Shown one piece after another: positions 8,838 to 18,571 of a DNA stretch of 64,000 nt; positions within the stretch are counted from its first letter, which is position 1, and each line of letters begins with the position of its first letter. The stretch lies in the sequence record PQ657784; one strand, 5' to 3'. The notes beneath the pieces were generated by a model. The model was not told where the DNA came from, did no database searches, and saw only the letters and a program-made list of their open reading frames with translations. A program made the position numbers and the translations under genes. The DNA comes from Escherichia phage EPIMRB01.

Positions 8838-10651
8838 TGATGCTTAACCCTATGCATGATTTCTTTATTTTTACCGAGATTAAATCCGCGTTCGTTCGGA
8901 TTTCCCAAATAACCACATGTTCTTCTTATTGTGTTCATCTTTTTAGGATCAGTTTCTCCACAAATAGAACAAACAAATCCGTTTTCAGTAGGAGTCATTT
9001 CATGGGTACTTCCACATGTAAAACATTTATCTACTGGCATATTAACACCAAAATAATCTAAATGTTGTGCAGCATAATCCCATACGGCCTCAAGACCCTT
9101 TAAGTTATTTTTCATATCAGGAAGTTCAACATAAGAAATGTGGCCGCCTGTCGCAATGAAATGATATGGTGCTTCGCGAGAAATCTTTTCAAACGGAGTA
9201 ATATTTTCTTCTACTGAAACATGGAAACTGTTAGTGTACCAACCTTTATCGGTAACATCCTTTACACTTCCATATTTTTCGGTATCAAGTTTACAGAAGC
9301 GATAACAAAGGTTTTCAGCAGGAGTAGAATACAAACTAAAAGCAAACCCAGTTCTTTCAGTCCACTGTTTAAGACGAGCATTCATTTTAGTTAAAATTTC
9401 CTGTCCAATATCACGACCGACAAGAATATTCAATTCGTGAATACCAATGTATCCTAGAGACACTGAACTTCTGCCATTTTTAAATAACTCAATTATATCG
9501 TCATCAGGTTTAAGACGAACCCCGAATGCACCTTCTTGGTAAAGAATAGGAGCAACAGTCGCTTTAACTCCTTTTAAGGAACTAATTCTACACATCAAAG
9601 CTTCAAAACATAAATCCATTCGCTCATTGAACAATTCAACAAATTTCTGTTCATTGAATTGTGTTCCAATATAAGAATCTAACGCGATACGAGGAAGATT
9701 CAGTGTTACAACACCGAGATTATTACGTCCATCAAGAATTTCATTGCCAGTCGAATCTTTCCATACGCTCAAGAAACTACGACAACCCATTGGAGAAACA
9801 GGAATAGATGAGCCGGTGATAGCTTTATTGTTCTTAGCCGAAATGATGTCAGGATACATTCTTTTGCTTGCGCACTCTAGAGCAAGCTGTTTAATATCAT
9901 AGTTCGGATCGTCTTTATAAAGATTAACACCTTCTTCAACGAACATAACAAGTTTAGGGAAAATAGGAGTTATCCCATCACGACCAAGACCTTTAATACG
10001 ATTTTTCAGAATTGCTTTCTGAATCATTCGTTCAGTCCAGTCAGTTCCCGTACCAAATGTAATTGTTACAAAAGGCGTTTGTCCGTTTGAACTAAAGAGA
10101 GTATTTACTTCATATTCATAAGCTTGGAATGCATCGTATACATCTTTTTCTGTTTTAGATTGAGCATAATTCAACGCATCAGCGATTTGCCATTTTTCTG
10201 CATCCTCAATATGTTTTGCATAGGTGCGTTTAACATAAGGAGAAAGTACTTTATCTACATTAGCAAAAGTCGTTCCGCCGTATTGATGGGAAGCAACCTG
10301 TGCAGTAATTTGTGCCATAATTGCAGTAGCAACTCCAATTGATTTAGGAGTTTCAATCTGTGCATTACCTAGCTTAAATCCGTTCTCAAGCATTCCTTTT
10401 AAATCTACTAAACAACAATTAGTAAATGGAAGAGCAGGGGAATAATCAATATCATGGAAATGAATAATTCCGCTTTCATGCGCTTTCATAATAAAAGACG
10501 GGACCATATTTTTGGCAATGTGTTTAGACACAATACCAGCCATAAGGTCCCGTTGAGTTGGAAAAACACGAGAATCTTTATTAGCATTCTCGTTTAAAAG
10601 GTCTTTATTAGTTTTATGAATCAATCCTTCAATTTCTTTTTCAATTGTCAT
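8834..10651 (-). CDS. nrdD: Anaerobic ribonucleoside-triphosphate reductase, uninterrupted reading frame
   Basis: 605 aa; C-terminal glycyl-radical motif RRTCGYLG and Cys cluster CFTCGS...CSICG. Confidence 0.92.
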   Translation of the reverse strand: MTIEKEIEGLIHKTNKDLLNENANKDSRVFPTQRDLMAGIVSKHIAKNMVPSFIMKAHESGIIHFHDIDYSPALPFTNCCLVDLKGMLENGFKLGNAQIETPKSIGVATAIMAQITAQVASHQYGGTTFANVDKVLSPYVKRTYAKHIEDAEKWQIADALNYAQSKTEKDVYDAFQAYEYEVNTLFSSNGQTPFVTITFGTGTDWTERMIQKAILKNRIKGLGRDGITPIFPKLVMFVEEGVNLYKDDPNYDIKQLALECASKRMYPDIISAKNNKAITGSSIPVSPMGCRSFLSVWKDSTGNEILDGRNNLGVVTLNLPRIALDSYIGTQFNEQKFVELFNERMDLCFEALMCRISSLKGVKATVAPILYQEGAFGVRLKPDDDIIELFKNGRSSVSLGYIGIHELNILVGRDIGQEILTKMNARLKQWTERTGFAFSLYSTPAENLCYRFCKLDTEKYGSVKDVTDKGWYTNSFHVSVEENITPFEKISREAPYHFIATGGHISYVELPDMKNNLKGLEAVWDYAAQHLDYFGVNMPVDKCFTCGSTHEMTPTENGFVCSICGETDPKKMNTIRRTCGYLGNPNERGFNLGKNKEIMHRVKHQ

Positions 10652-11121
10652 TTTAAACTCTTTCTAAGCTGCTTCTTAAATGAAGCTATTAACTGTGTTT
10701 TTGTGTCAGATTCATTATATTCAAATCCTCTTTGAAGCATCTCAGCCATCATTTCCTCTTTTCCTAAACGAGAAAATTCCTTTGATTTATCTCCAACAAA
10801 GTTAGGGTGAATATTATTTTGGGTGTAATCGGATTTTAAATAAGTAAGTAAATTTTCTAACCATTCAAGATAATCAACGCCTTGTCCTTTTAAGCCAGAA
10901 CGATTAAATTTATGTTTCATTTGACCTTCTGCAGCATTGCAGAGATTACAGAGCAATCCACGTACCTTTCCAGCTTTCGGTCCATTTAATTCATGGTCAT
11001 GGTCAAGATGATTAGCTTGAACATCAGGATTTAATTCTCGTTGGCAAATTAAGCATTTACCGTTTTGTGCATTATAAAATTTTTGTTTTTCTTCTTTGTA
11101 TAATTTGCCAGTCAATAACAT
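10648..11121 (-). CDS. 49: Endonuclease VII (Holliday-junction resolvase) gp49
   Basis: 157 aa; N-terminus and Zn-binding Cys/His pattern consistent with T4 endo VII as recalled. Confidence 0.88.
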   Translation of the reverse strand: MLLTGKLYKEEKQKFYNAQNGKCLICQRELNPDVQANHLDHDHELNGPKAGKVRGLLCNLCNAAEGQMKHKFNRSGLKGQGVDYLEWLENLLTYLKSDYTQNNIHPNFVGDKSKEFSRLGKEEMMAEMLQRGFEYNESDTKTQLIASFKKQLRKSLK

Positions 11122-11170
11122 AATAAAACCCTTACCTTAAATAGATAAGGGTATTTATTATTTTCAAGTA

Positions 11171-11617
11171 TTAAAACGCTCGGTCAGAAAAAGAAATTTG
11201 AGTTTCAAGCCATTCAATATATTCTGCCGCGGCTTGCATCAAATTTCCTTCATAACCATCGTTATTTTCTTGTGCAGCTAATTTAGCTAATGCATATGAA
11301 ATGCGTTCACCTTGAAAAGCGGCTTTAGGTTTATGAATAGCTTGATCAACTCGTTCTACGACTTCTTCAATTTCGCCATTTTCTACTGATTCAGTATTCC
11401 ACAAGCACCAATACGAAATTGGCTTATCGTAGATGTTAATAATCTTTCCATCAGAAAGTTCAATTTCAATAATTCCAGTATCAGGTTCTATATCATCTTC
11501 ACATTCTTTTGCAAGTTCACGAACTTTAAAGACAGTACCTGCACTAAGTTCCGGCCAGTAATTACATAGCCCTGTATCAACACGATTAATTCTAAACCAC
11601 TTATCTACTGTAATCAT
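11171..11617 (-). CDS. Hypothetical protein (148 aa from the Met with a GGAG RBS); sits where T4 has pin/49.x
   Basis: ORF 11171..11635 with start adjusted; acidic protein. Confidence 0.5.
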   Translation of the reverse strand: MITVDKWFRINRVDTGLCNYWPELSAGTVFKVRELAKECEDDIEPDTGIIEIELSDGKIINIYDKPISYWCLWNTESVENGEIEEVVERVDQAIHKPKAAFQGERISYALAKLAAQENNDGYEGNLMQAAAEYIEWLETQISFSDRAF

Positions 11618-11656
11618 GTCCCATCTCCATATCAATTAAGTCATTTATCGTTGGTT

Positions 11657-11690
11657 CATTATATACTGTTTCTTCATCAGTGTAAACCGG
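11657..11690 (-). promoter_or_regulatory. T4-type early promoter (GTTTAC-N16-TATATAATG)
   Basis: Reverse complement of 11657-11687 contains GTTTAC and TATATAAT. Confidence 0.5.
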
Positions 11691-11740
11691 TTCTTCCAGC
11701 TCTGGCTCTACAGTTTCCCATCTAGCCGCCCACCAGGGTT

Positions 11741-12061
11741 TTATAGCGTAATCCATTCTCGTACTGTCTGAGTTACTACACGTTCATGGGGCTCGACTAG
11801 TTCAACAGTCGGAACTGCATAATACCAGTCAGAATGATAAGAACCTGACCGAGATTCATTTACAGCCACATGTACATTATGTTTTGGACTAAAGTAAACA
11901 CACTGACGATATTGACATTTACCATCTTGCACCCAGTCTTCTATTTCGACAGGTTTAAGATAATCGGAAAAATCGAAATCATAGTTTTCCGAAAATGCAT
12001 CATGGTCTTCAATGATTTCGCTCAGAACTGCATCAACATCTAATTTATTTTCAATAGTCAT
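11741..12061 (-). CDS. Hypothetical protein, 106 aa
   Basis: ORF. Confidence 0.5.
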   Translation of the reverse strand: MTIENKLDVDAVLSEIIEDHDAFSENYDFDFSDYLKPVEIEDWVQDGKCQYRQCVYFSPKHNVHVAVNESRSGSYHSDWYYAVPTVELVEPHERVVTQTVREWITL

Positions 12062-12071
12062 TTTTCACCAA

Positions 12072-12281
12072 TTAATTTCGCAATTTATTAAGTTCTTCAT
12101 CATCAATCCAGGATTCTAGTCCTGATGGCAGGGCACATTCAATTTCCCAAAGAAGTTCTTCAATTTTATGAAGACGATCTAATTCTTCAGCTGGAATAGT
12201 AACCATTGATGGAGTTCTTGATACACTAATATCGTAAATCATATTTACCCCAGTTTGACCATGCAATCGCCGTATTTCCAC
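12072..12281 (-). CDS. Hypothetical protein, 69 aa
   Basis: ORF. Confidence 0.45.
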   Translation of the reverse strand: MEIRRLHGQTGVNMIYDISVSRTPSMVTIPAEELDRLHKIEELLWEIECALPSGLESWIDDEELNKLRN

Positions 12282-12460
12282 TTAGAAATAGACTTTTCAC
12301 CATTAGAATAATAAACTTCGAGTTTAGCACGATTATTTTTAATTTGAATAACCTTGGCTGTCATCAAAGTTCCATATCCATAGTAAACTGCAACTTCATC
12401 ACCTACATATACCGCGCTTCCGCGATAATCATGGATATAATCAGTTCCTTCGAGCATCAT
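12245..12460 (-). CDS. Hypothetical protein, 71 aa
   Basis: ORF with 4-nt overlap to nrdC. Confidence 0.45.
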   Translation of the reverse strand: MMLEGTDYIHDYRGSAVYVGDEVAVYYGYGTLMTAKVIQIKNNRAKLEVYYSNGEKSISKWKYGDCMVKLG

Positions 12461-12720
12461 TTAAAGTATTCCCGCAATTGGTCAAATCCACCAATATGAC
12501 TTCCATCAGGAGCAAATATCTGAGGCATTGTCAAGCCGATTTGAGTATCACGACCTAGTTTAGTCAGAAGCTCAGCGATTTTCTCATCATCAAAAACACC
12601 TTTTTCCGGCATAATGTTGATAAATTCAAACGGCTGTTTCTTCACAGTCAAAAGACGTTTTGCATTATCGCAATACACACATTTATGGATGTTGCTATCA
12701 TAACCATATACTTTAAACAT
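12457..12720 (-). CDS. nrdC: Thioredoxin/glutaredoxin NrdC
   Basis: 87 aa; CVYC active site; sequence MFKVYGYDSNIHKCVYCDNAKRLL matches T4 thioredoxin as recalled. Confidence 0.88.
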   Translation of the reverse strand: MFKVYGYDSNIHKCVYCDNAKRLLTVKKQPFEFINIMPEKGVFDDEKIAELLTKLGRDTQIGLTMPQIFAPDGSHIGGFDQLREYFK

Positions 12721-12721
12721 A

Positions 12722-12964
12722 TTATTCCTTAATTCCTAGTACTTGTTTAAAAGTCTCGTCGTAATCAAGACTTTGACCCGTTTGTTCTTTATGTTTGTAT
12801 ATAATATCACTTACTTCTGATAGCATATTTTTATATGAACGAGTTAAAGCTGATTTAAGCACGCTGTATCTATCAGGAAATTTACCATGTTCATTATAAT
12901 AAGCTATTGCTAATTCACGGACTGCCTTTTCGGCAGTCTCCATATATTCTTTACGCTTTGTCAT
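12722..12964 (-). CDS. Hypothetical protein (about 80 aa from internal Met)
   Basis: ORF 12722..13123 trimmed; the N-terminal extension overlaps the upstream gene. Confidence 0.4.
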
Positions 12965-13247
12965 TTTCTTCTCGGTCAAATCGGTGTTTACAATGGCGAC
13001 ATTTATAACGAAGATTACTAGTATGCCAATGGACCAATTGCACCTGTTCAGTTCCACATTCAGGGCAATTAGGAACGTTTTTAGAAGCACGTTCGCGACG
13101 TTCAACCATAGCCATAATGGCATCCCAAGCCGGAGGTTTAAAATCTAAATCGTCAGTAACTAGCAGTCCTTTATCAAACCCAGCGCATGGAGTCCATTCA
13201 GGAAAATCTGAAGCTTCAGCAATATCTTCTAATAAACGCTTTTTCAT
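12951..13247 (-). CDS. Small zinc-ribbon protein, 98 aa
   Basis: Two CxxC pairs (CPECG ... CRHCKH). Confidence 0.5.
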
Positions 13248-14170
13248 TTTAGTACCTCAATAGCATTACGTAAACCATTTGCTTTGGCGGTTAAAGTCTT
13301 AATAACTTTAGTATGCTCTTCAATCTGTTTTTCAACTTCAATCAAACGGGCACTGAGATATTCGCGTTCTTCTTTCATAGTATCATTCCCATGATTGTGC
13401 TTTGGTGTAGGTTTAAATTTACTAGGGTCCTTTAACTTAATAACAACTTTAGTTTCAAACAGTGAAAGACCATAATTCGTATTATCATCAAAGGATTCAA
13501 CTACGTCCATTTTAGACAATAACGTACGAAGATTATAAGTCAAAGAACGAATCGTTTTATTATGTTTATTAGCTTCACATGGTTTCATATATGGAAGATT
13601 TTTATATATTTCATGTGGAGCACAAACAATAATTGACAATTCAAATGGTCCATTCTGTGATGATGGAATGAATTTAGCCGTAACCCAATCTTTTACATTT
13701 ACATTAATAGTACGGTCATCGCCATGACAAAACAGTCTACGAGAATGCTTAAAAAGCATATTCACATTATTATTGAATTCATGTGAAAACTCACTAGCAA
13801 ATTTTTCTTTACTATTTTTAGAAAACCATTCTTCTAAATAAGTTCTTTTCACGTCATTAATAATATTAAATGTAACAACACTAGCATTTGATACATTAGT
13901 CTCAATGTAGTTTGGATACATAAATTTTTTAACATTATTAACAGCTATCACAGAAGATAGTAATCGGGAACGTTTGAACCACTCTAGCAAAGAACCAAGA
14001 GAATGTGAATACGCATTTTGTGTATCTTTACAAATATGGTTTTCCCATCCAATATAGTCTAAAAAATCACGAAGAATATTATTGATTACTGCTCTATGTC
14101 CTATCTGATAATTACGATGTTTAGTAATAAGACTGTCAAAATAATCAATATAATGTTTACGAGTTTTCAT
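13244..14170 (-). CDS. Hypothetical protein, 308 aa; paralogue A of a 4-gene family with C-terminal coiled coil
   Basis: About 260-aa globular part plus C-terminal heptad-repeat helix ([31 protein letters not shown]); same architecture as the three upstream genes. Confidence 0.6.
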   Translation of the reverse strand: MKTRKHYIDYFDSLITKHRNYQIGHRAVINNILRDFLDYIGWENHICKDTQNAYSHSLGSLLEWFKRSRLLSSVIAVNNVKKFMYPNYIETNVSNASVVTFNIINDVKRTYLEEWFSKNSKEKFASEFSHEFNNNVNMLFKHSRRLFCHGDDRTINVNVKDWVTAKFIPSSQNGPFELSIIVCAPHEIYKNLPYMKPCEANKHNKTIRSLTYNLRTLLSKMDVVESFDDNTNYGLSLFETKVVIKLKDPSKFKPTPKHNHGNDTMKEEREYLSARLIEVEKQIEEHTKVIKTLTAKANGLRNAIEVLK

Positions 14171-14222
14171 GTTCTTCTCACTTGGTTAATGATTTATACT
14201 CCGAGCCATCCTTGGCTTTAAA

Positions 14223-15224
14223 TTACTTAATTAGCTGTAAAGCTTGTTCAAGACGATCCAGACGATTAACAGATTCTTCCCAAATCCTTTTAGCCTTCTC
14301 ATATTCTTTCTGCGCTTTATTAGAAATTTCTAGAACTTCTTTATAAGCTTTTTCTAGTGCAATAACTTCTGGACGAATTTCTATCGGTTCAGGCGAATCG
14401 TCAAGACATTCCATTAGTTCTTCAAGGGTAGTTTCTTCTTTAGGAGTATTCACAATTTCATCACATTTTTGTTGGTAAATTTCTTTATCAGTCGGTGAGT
14501 ACGTACGTTTCACTTCACGGAGGCTAATTATAATTTTATATCCTTCCCAACCACACATATTTTTGAAAGGATATGTATGAATACTTTTTACGGTTTCCAT
14601 ACAGCCCAAAGCCGCCTCTAATTGATAAGTTATAGTGCTAGCAATTGAGAAAAATTTATTAATATTCTTTTGGTTAGCGTTTGGTGTAAAAAATCCATAA
14701 TTCACAAAAATAGCTACTTTATTTTTATCAAGCTCATATTCTTTTACGATAATCATATCAGAAGCCAAAGGATGAATTTGACGATAATTGCCATAACATA
14801 ATTTAGAAGCTGATTTTAGAATTTGTCCTTTGAAAAGTCTGAAATTACTAATCCAACGACGAGTAAAAATATTCTCAGGGTCTTCTTTATTATTAAGATG
14901 ATAAGAATTAACATCACCGAACCAATTATATCCTACTACATCTTTAGTTCGTTTAATTTCTTTCCCAAATTTACCAAGAATATCTCTGTTAACTAAGTAT
15001 GAAAGAAGACGAGACCCTTTAAAGGTTTTCTTAATGTCATCTTTATCTGTACGACTAGAAATTTCACGAACTTCGTGAATAAATCTGCTGGAAGAAACAA
15101 TGCTTACATCAATATTATTGAGCCATTGATTGATAATAGAAAGAACACTATTCTGACTAGACTTAGGTTTAACTTTATCATCAATAACACTGTTGAATGA
15201 TTTGATATATTCGTTACGAGTCAT
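14223..15224 (-). CDS. Hypothetical protein, about 333 aa (start moved to the Met downstream of promoter); paralogue B
   Basis: Segment RRWISNFRLFKGQILKSASKL resembles WRFIALFRRQLKQILSTASRL in paralogue C; C-terminal coiled coil; GAGGAG RBS. Confidence 0.6.
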   Translation of the reverse strand: MTRNEYIKSFNSVIDDKVKPKSSQNSVLSIINQWLNNIDVSIVSSSRFIHEVREISSRTDKDDIKKTFKGSRLLSYLVNRDILGKFGKEIKRTKDVVGYNWFGDVNSYHLNNKEDPENIFTRRWISNFRLFKGQILKSASKLCYGNYRQIHPLASDMIIVKEYELDKNKVAIFVNYGFFTPNANQKNINKFFSIASTITYQLEAALGCMETVKSIHTYPFKNMCGWEGYKIIISLREVKRTYSPTDKEIYQQKCDEIVNTPKEETTLEELMECLDDSPEPIEIRPEVIALEKAYKEVLEISNKAQKEYEKAKRIWEESVNRLDRLEQALQLIK

Positions 15225-15252
15225 ATTAATCTCCTCAGTAGAAAGTAAGAAC

Positions 15253-15290
15253 ATTATACCACATCCTTGTGGTAAAGTAAACTAGTTCAG
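15253..15290 (-). promoter_or_regulatory. T4-type early promoter (GTTTAC-N18-TGGTATAAT)
   Basis: Reverse complement reads GTTTACTTTACCACAAGGATGTGGTATAATG; overlaps the stop of paralogue C. Confidence 0.55.
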
Positions 15291-16310
15291 TGCATTTAGT
15301 GCATTGTTCAGTTTAGAACGTTGCTTCGTGAGATTTTTGACTTTTTCTTGAGCTTTTTCTAGCATCTTTTCAGCTTCTAGCACTTCATTAGTTGCTTTAA
15401 CGAGTTCATCATCTACTGCCTTGATAGACTTCTCAATCGCATCTGCATGCCATTTTTCAACAGGTTTAAGACTCGGATTTTCAATAGGAAGAAAATTCAC
15501 TTTATTGAATTTCCATGCATCCTTATTACCTGAACTATACATCCAAAATTTAGGATCGTTTGATGAATAATTGGATAAATTTAAATTTAAGTTATCTTGC
15601 ACTTCCTGCTTTTTCTCTTGTGTGACTTCGTCCTTTCTCAAAAAATCGTATTTAAATGAAACGATCATATCAAGTTCATATGTTGTTGTGTCTAATTTAA
15701 ATCGTTCAAAACGAGGTAAAATCTTAGACTGAACAGCGGCAACAACATCCATATACTTAAATGCTTCTGTCAACTGCGATTTAAGGCATTCGCAAATTGA
15801 AAGAGAATTTTTTGTATTAGGTTTAAAGCTAATTCGTGCAGTTCTATTATTTTCTTTTAATGGTCTTACTTCCATCTGAAGAGTATAACCATCAAATTTC
15901 AGATTCTTTAAGTTAATATCAGAACCTTTTAATCGACTCGCAGTTGATAAAATTTGCTTTAATTGTCTACGGAACAGAGCAATAAATCTCCATTCAATAC
16001 GATAATGATTTGGATTGAAGAATCCAGATGATAAATCGACCTTACTTTGACCAACGCCTTGAACAAATAGAGGATTTTTATAATCAATAGTTTTACAGAA
16101 ATCGGTGAGCTGCTCACGGGCCGTCATTTGTGTAATATACCCTGCTTTACTAAAATTACGCACCCATTCACTGCTATTCGTATACTTAAAGTGATGAATA
16201 ACACGATTAACTTTATCAGGGTCTAAATTATTTTCACACAAAAATGTCATAACATCACGAGTATAGCTGGCATTACGAACCATATCTTCAATTTGAGAAC
16301 GAGTTTTCAT
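15282..16310 (-). CDS. Hypothetical protein, 342 aa; paralogue C
   Basis: Shared internal motif with B; C-terminal coiled coil (EKAQEKVKNLTKQRSKLNNALNALN). Confidence 0.6.
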   Translation of the reverse strand: MKTRSQIEDMVRNASYTRDVMTFLCENNLDPDKVNRVIHHFKYTNSSEWVRNFSKAGYITQMTAREQLTDFCKTIDYKNPLFVQGVGQSKVDLSSGFFNPNHYRIEWRFIALFRRQLKQILSTASRLKGSDINLKNLKFDGYTLQMEVRPLKENNRTARISFKPNTKNSLSICECLKSQLTEAFKYMDVVAAVQSKILPRFERFKLDTTTYELDMIVSFKYDFLRKDEVTQEKKQEVQDNLNLNLSNYSSNDPKFWMYSSGNKDAWKFNKVNFLPIENPSLKPVEKWHADAIEKSIKAVDDELVKATNEVLEAEKMLEKAQEKVKNLTKQRSKLNNALNALN

Positions 16311-16318
16311 GGTATTCC

Positions 16319-17221
16319 TTAAGATTTAAGTAAATCAACGATTTTAATTAACTTTTCACGCTCAGATTTAGCTTTACTACTCAATCCAGATAGTCTGAAA
16401 ATTTCATCGTCATATTGTTGAATAGAAATATTCAGCTCTTCAATTTGCTTATTAAAATAATCAATTTGTTCAGAATGTTTTTCGTTACTACGACCTGGTG
16501 CAGGTTTTGTAGGCAATTTAGTTGAACTGGATTCATCCGGGCGATAAATTAAAATACAACTTGAACCAATCGGACATTTAGCACCAGATGAATATTCTAA
16601 TGTTCCGGCTTCTTTTAAAACTTCAAAAGCTAAACAGAGATGATGCCCCATATTAACATAATCTGTAGAGCGAGCTCTGACGTAATAATCATCGCCGCGA
16701 ATACTAAATTTAAAGCATTTAAGGTCTTCTGTATTATTGGTCTTAAAAATCATTTGTTTATCTAGACCTTTAGCTAATCGAGCGCCTAATGCTAATAATC
16801 GTCGTTGATTTTCCCACAAATCTGCGATCATTTGATCGAATGATAATTTTGGCATTAGTCGACCATAAAGGTCATATCCTTTATTATAATTACGAAGGAT
16901 TTCACTCGCGTTAATACGAGACAATGCTCCAATTTTATTAAGGGCTTTCATAATGCGATTAGATAAACCCATTCCAGACCAGTTTGTTCGCTGCAAATGT
17001 TTTTCTAATCCAAATCCAATATCAACTTTAAACTTATCTAAAATTTCTGCATGAACATCTCTGTCAATAACATTCAAATCCAAAGTTGGGTTAAATCTAT
17101 GAAAAAATTTATCTGGCTCTCCACGACGAAGTACAGTCCATTCATTCAATTTTTTATTAACTAAAGATTTAATTACTGCATTGACATTATTAATTGCTAC
17201 TGACATATTTTCCTCACTCAA
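16319..17221 (-). CDS. Hypothetical protein, 300 aa; paralogue D
   Basis: C-terminal coiled coil; 4-nt overlap with the upstream membrane-protein gene. Confidence 0.55.
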   Translation of the reverse strand: MSEENMSVAINNVNAVIKSLVNKKLNEWTVLRRGEPDKFFHRFNPTLDLNVIDRDVHAEILDKFKVDIGFGLEKHLQRTNWSGMGLSNRIMKALNKIGALSRINASEILRNYNKGYDLYGRLMPKLSFDQMIADLWENQRRLLALGARLAKGLDKQMIFKTNNTEDLKCFKFSIRGDDYYVRARSTDYVNMGHHLCLAFEVLKEAGTLEYSSGAKCPIGSSCILIYRPDESSSTKLPTKPAPGRSNEKHSEQIDYFNKQIEELNISIQQYDDEIFRLSGLSSKAKSEREKLIKIVDLLKS

Positions 17222-17622
17222 TTTTCAATTTTACTAAATACGCAGAATATGATGGAAAAGACTATATAAGCACCGCACACAGATTGAACTAATACCATTC
17301 CAAAGAACCAGACAATATTATCAAACAGTGTCTGTTTTACGTCGAAAGGACGTAAACTTACAGTAATATTATCACCTTTTTCTATTGAAGAATACATCTC
17401 TGGAGAAATATATTCACTAAATCTATAACCGTCTTTGAGTTCATATACGGCAATAAACGATAAACTAGACCCCTTTCCTTGAGTTCCTGTAAGGGTATTA
17501 ACTATAGTAACATCATAATCTTTATAATGCATATAATCATTAATAGCATAATAACCATATGCAATTACTATACATAAACAACATATCAATAAATTCAATC
17601 TTTTAATTATCAACTGTTTCAT
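17218..17622 (-). CDS. Membrane protein, 134 aa (N- and C-terminal hydrophobic helices)
   Basis: LNLLICCLCIVIAYGYYAI and FFGMVLVQSVCGAYIVFSIIFCVF hydrophobic segments. Confidence 0.55.
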   Translation of the reverse strand: MKQLIIKRLNLLICCLCIVIAYGYYAINDYMHYKDYDVTIVNTLTGTQGKGSSLSFIAVYELKDGYRFSEYISPEMYSSIEKGDNITVSLRPFDVKQTLFDNIVWFFGMVLVQSVCGAYIVFSIIFCVFSKIEN

Positions 17623-17651
17623 AATAATCTCAATTAAAAGGGCTTAGAACC

Positions 17652-17680
17652 ATTATACCATCCTTGGTATAAAGCGGTTA
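17652..17680 (-). promoter_or_regulatory. Candidate middle-type promoter (MotA-box-like CGCTTTA, 12 bp, TATAAT)
   Basis: Reverse complement reads CGCTTTATACCAAGGATGGTATAATGG. Confidence 0.4.
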
Positions 17681-18205
17681 TGCGAGTACCGTCTTTAACC
17701 GTTCTTCAAATTTCCGAAGAGTGTTCTGGCGTTCAGCTCTTTGCTTTTTGTAAGTTTCAATACGCTCTGAAATGAGAGTGTATCGTTCATTTACTGATTC
17801 TTTCATAAAATCAGGAATTTCACGAGAAGCTTTAATTTCATCAAATTTATCAATAACAGCTTGCTCTTCAGCAATTAAGTTATCATACATCAAAATATCT
17901 TTCTTGATGAACTCAATATCTTCTTGAGTTACACGAGATAATTTAGATGCTTTATCCTTTTTGTACTGTTCGTTAGTATCACGAGACCAGTGTAATGTAC
18001 GATTTTTATTCGTATTCTTATAAATTTCTACAATACCAATCTCATCAATAATAACGATCCAATTCCAACGGGATTTGTAAATTTGTCCTCCATCAACCGC
18101 GATTTCACCACCGATTGAGACATCATTAAAGAACTTGCTTTGAGCTTCAGATTTAAATTTACCATCATTGTAGTTTACTAAGTTGAAAATATCTTTAGCA
18201 TTCAT
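17678..18205 (-). CDS. Hypothetical protein, about 175 aa (start at the Met after promoter and GGAGG RBS)
   Basis: Track ORF 17678..18265 starts upstream of its own promoter; internal Met MNAKDIFN has the RBS. Confidence 0.5.
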   Translation of the reverse strand: MNAKDIFNLVNYNDGKFKSEAQSKFFNDVSIGGEIAVDGGQIYKSRWNWIVIIDEIGIVEIYKNTNKNRTLHWSRDTNEQYKKDKASKLSRVTQEDIEFIKKDILMYDNLIAEEQAVIDKFDEIKASREIPDFMKESVNERYTLISERIETYKKQRAERQNTLRKFEERLKTVLA

Positions 18206-18231
18206 TTTCTGTTCCTCCGTAGTTGATAGTT

Positions 18232-18270
18232 GTATAGTATCACAGAGGAACAGTCTTGTAAACAACTAAA
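18232..18270 (-). promoter_or_regulatory. T4-type early promoter with conserved leader TACTATACAACTATCAACTAC
   Basis: Reverse complement reads GTTTACAAGACTGTTCCTCTGTGATACTATACAACTATCAACTACGGAGG. Confidence 0.55.
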
Positions 18271-18571
18271 AGAAACTTCTTTCACAATTTTTTCCACTGA
18301 ACCACGCGCTCACTGCTTTCTTAGTCTCAGGAGCAGTGTTATCCATAAACCATTCAAAGGCAGCCTTTTTATGATTCTGGAGGGCTTCTCGGGCTTTAAT
18401 CTGCTCACGGTCTATTAACACTAACATATGAGCCTTTCTTGTCACCAAGGGCTTCTTATGATTTTTTGAATACTCCCAATCATTTGTCCATCGCATCGTT
18501 GTTGCGAACTGAAATACTGCTTCTTTAATTTTAGTTTCGTAAATTTCACGAGCCTTTGAGTATAACATCAT
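18266..18571 (-). CDS. Hypothetical protein, about 100 aa
   Basis: ORF; start chosen among clustered Met codons after a GGAGG RBS. Confidence 0.5.
   Translation of the reverse strand: MMLYSKAREIYETKIKEAVFQFATTMRWTNDWEYSKNHKKPLVTRKAHMLVLIDREQIKAREALQNHKKAAFEWFMDNTAPETKKAVSAWFSGKNCERSFF

Noticed and set aside
12722-13123. Long N-terminal extension of ORF 12722..13123
   Set aside because: The extension is hydrophobic, overlaps the zinc-ribbon ORF in another frame and lacks an RBS; an internal Met was used instead.
14171-14222. TATAAAT-like element upstream of paralogue A as a late promoter
   Set aside because: The sequence is TATAAATC rather than TATAAATA and sits in an early-gene context; evidence is insufficient.
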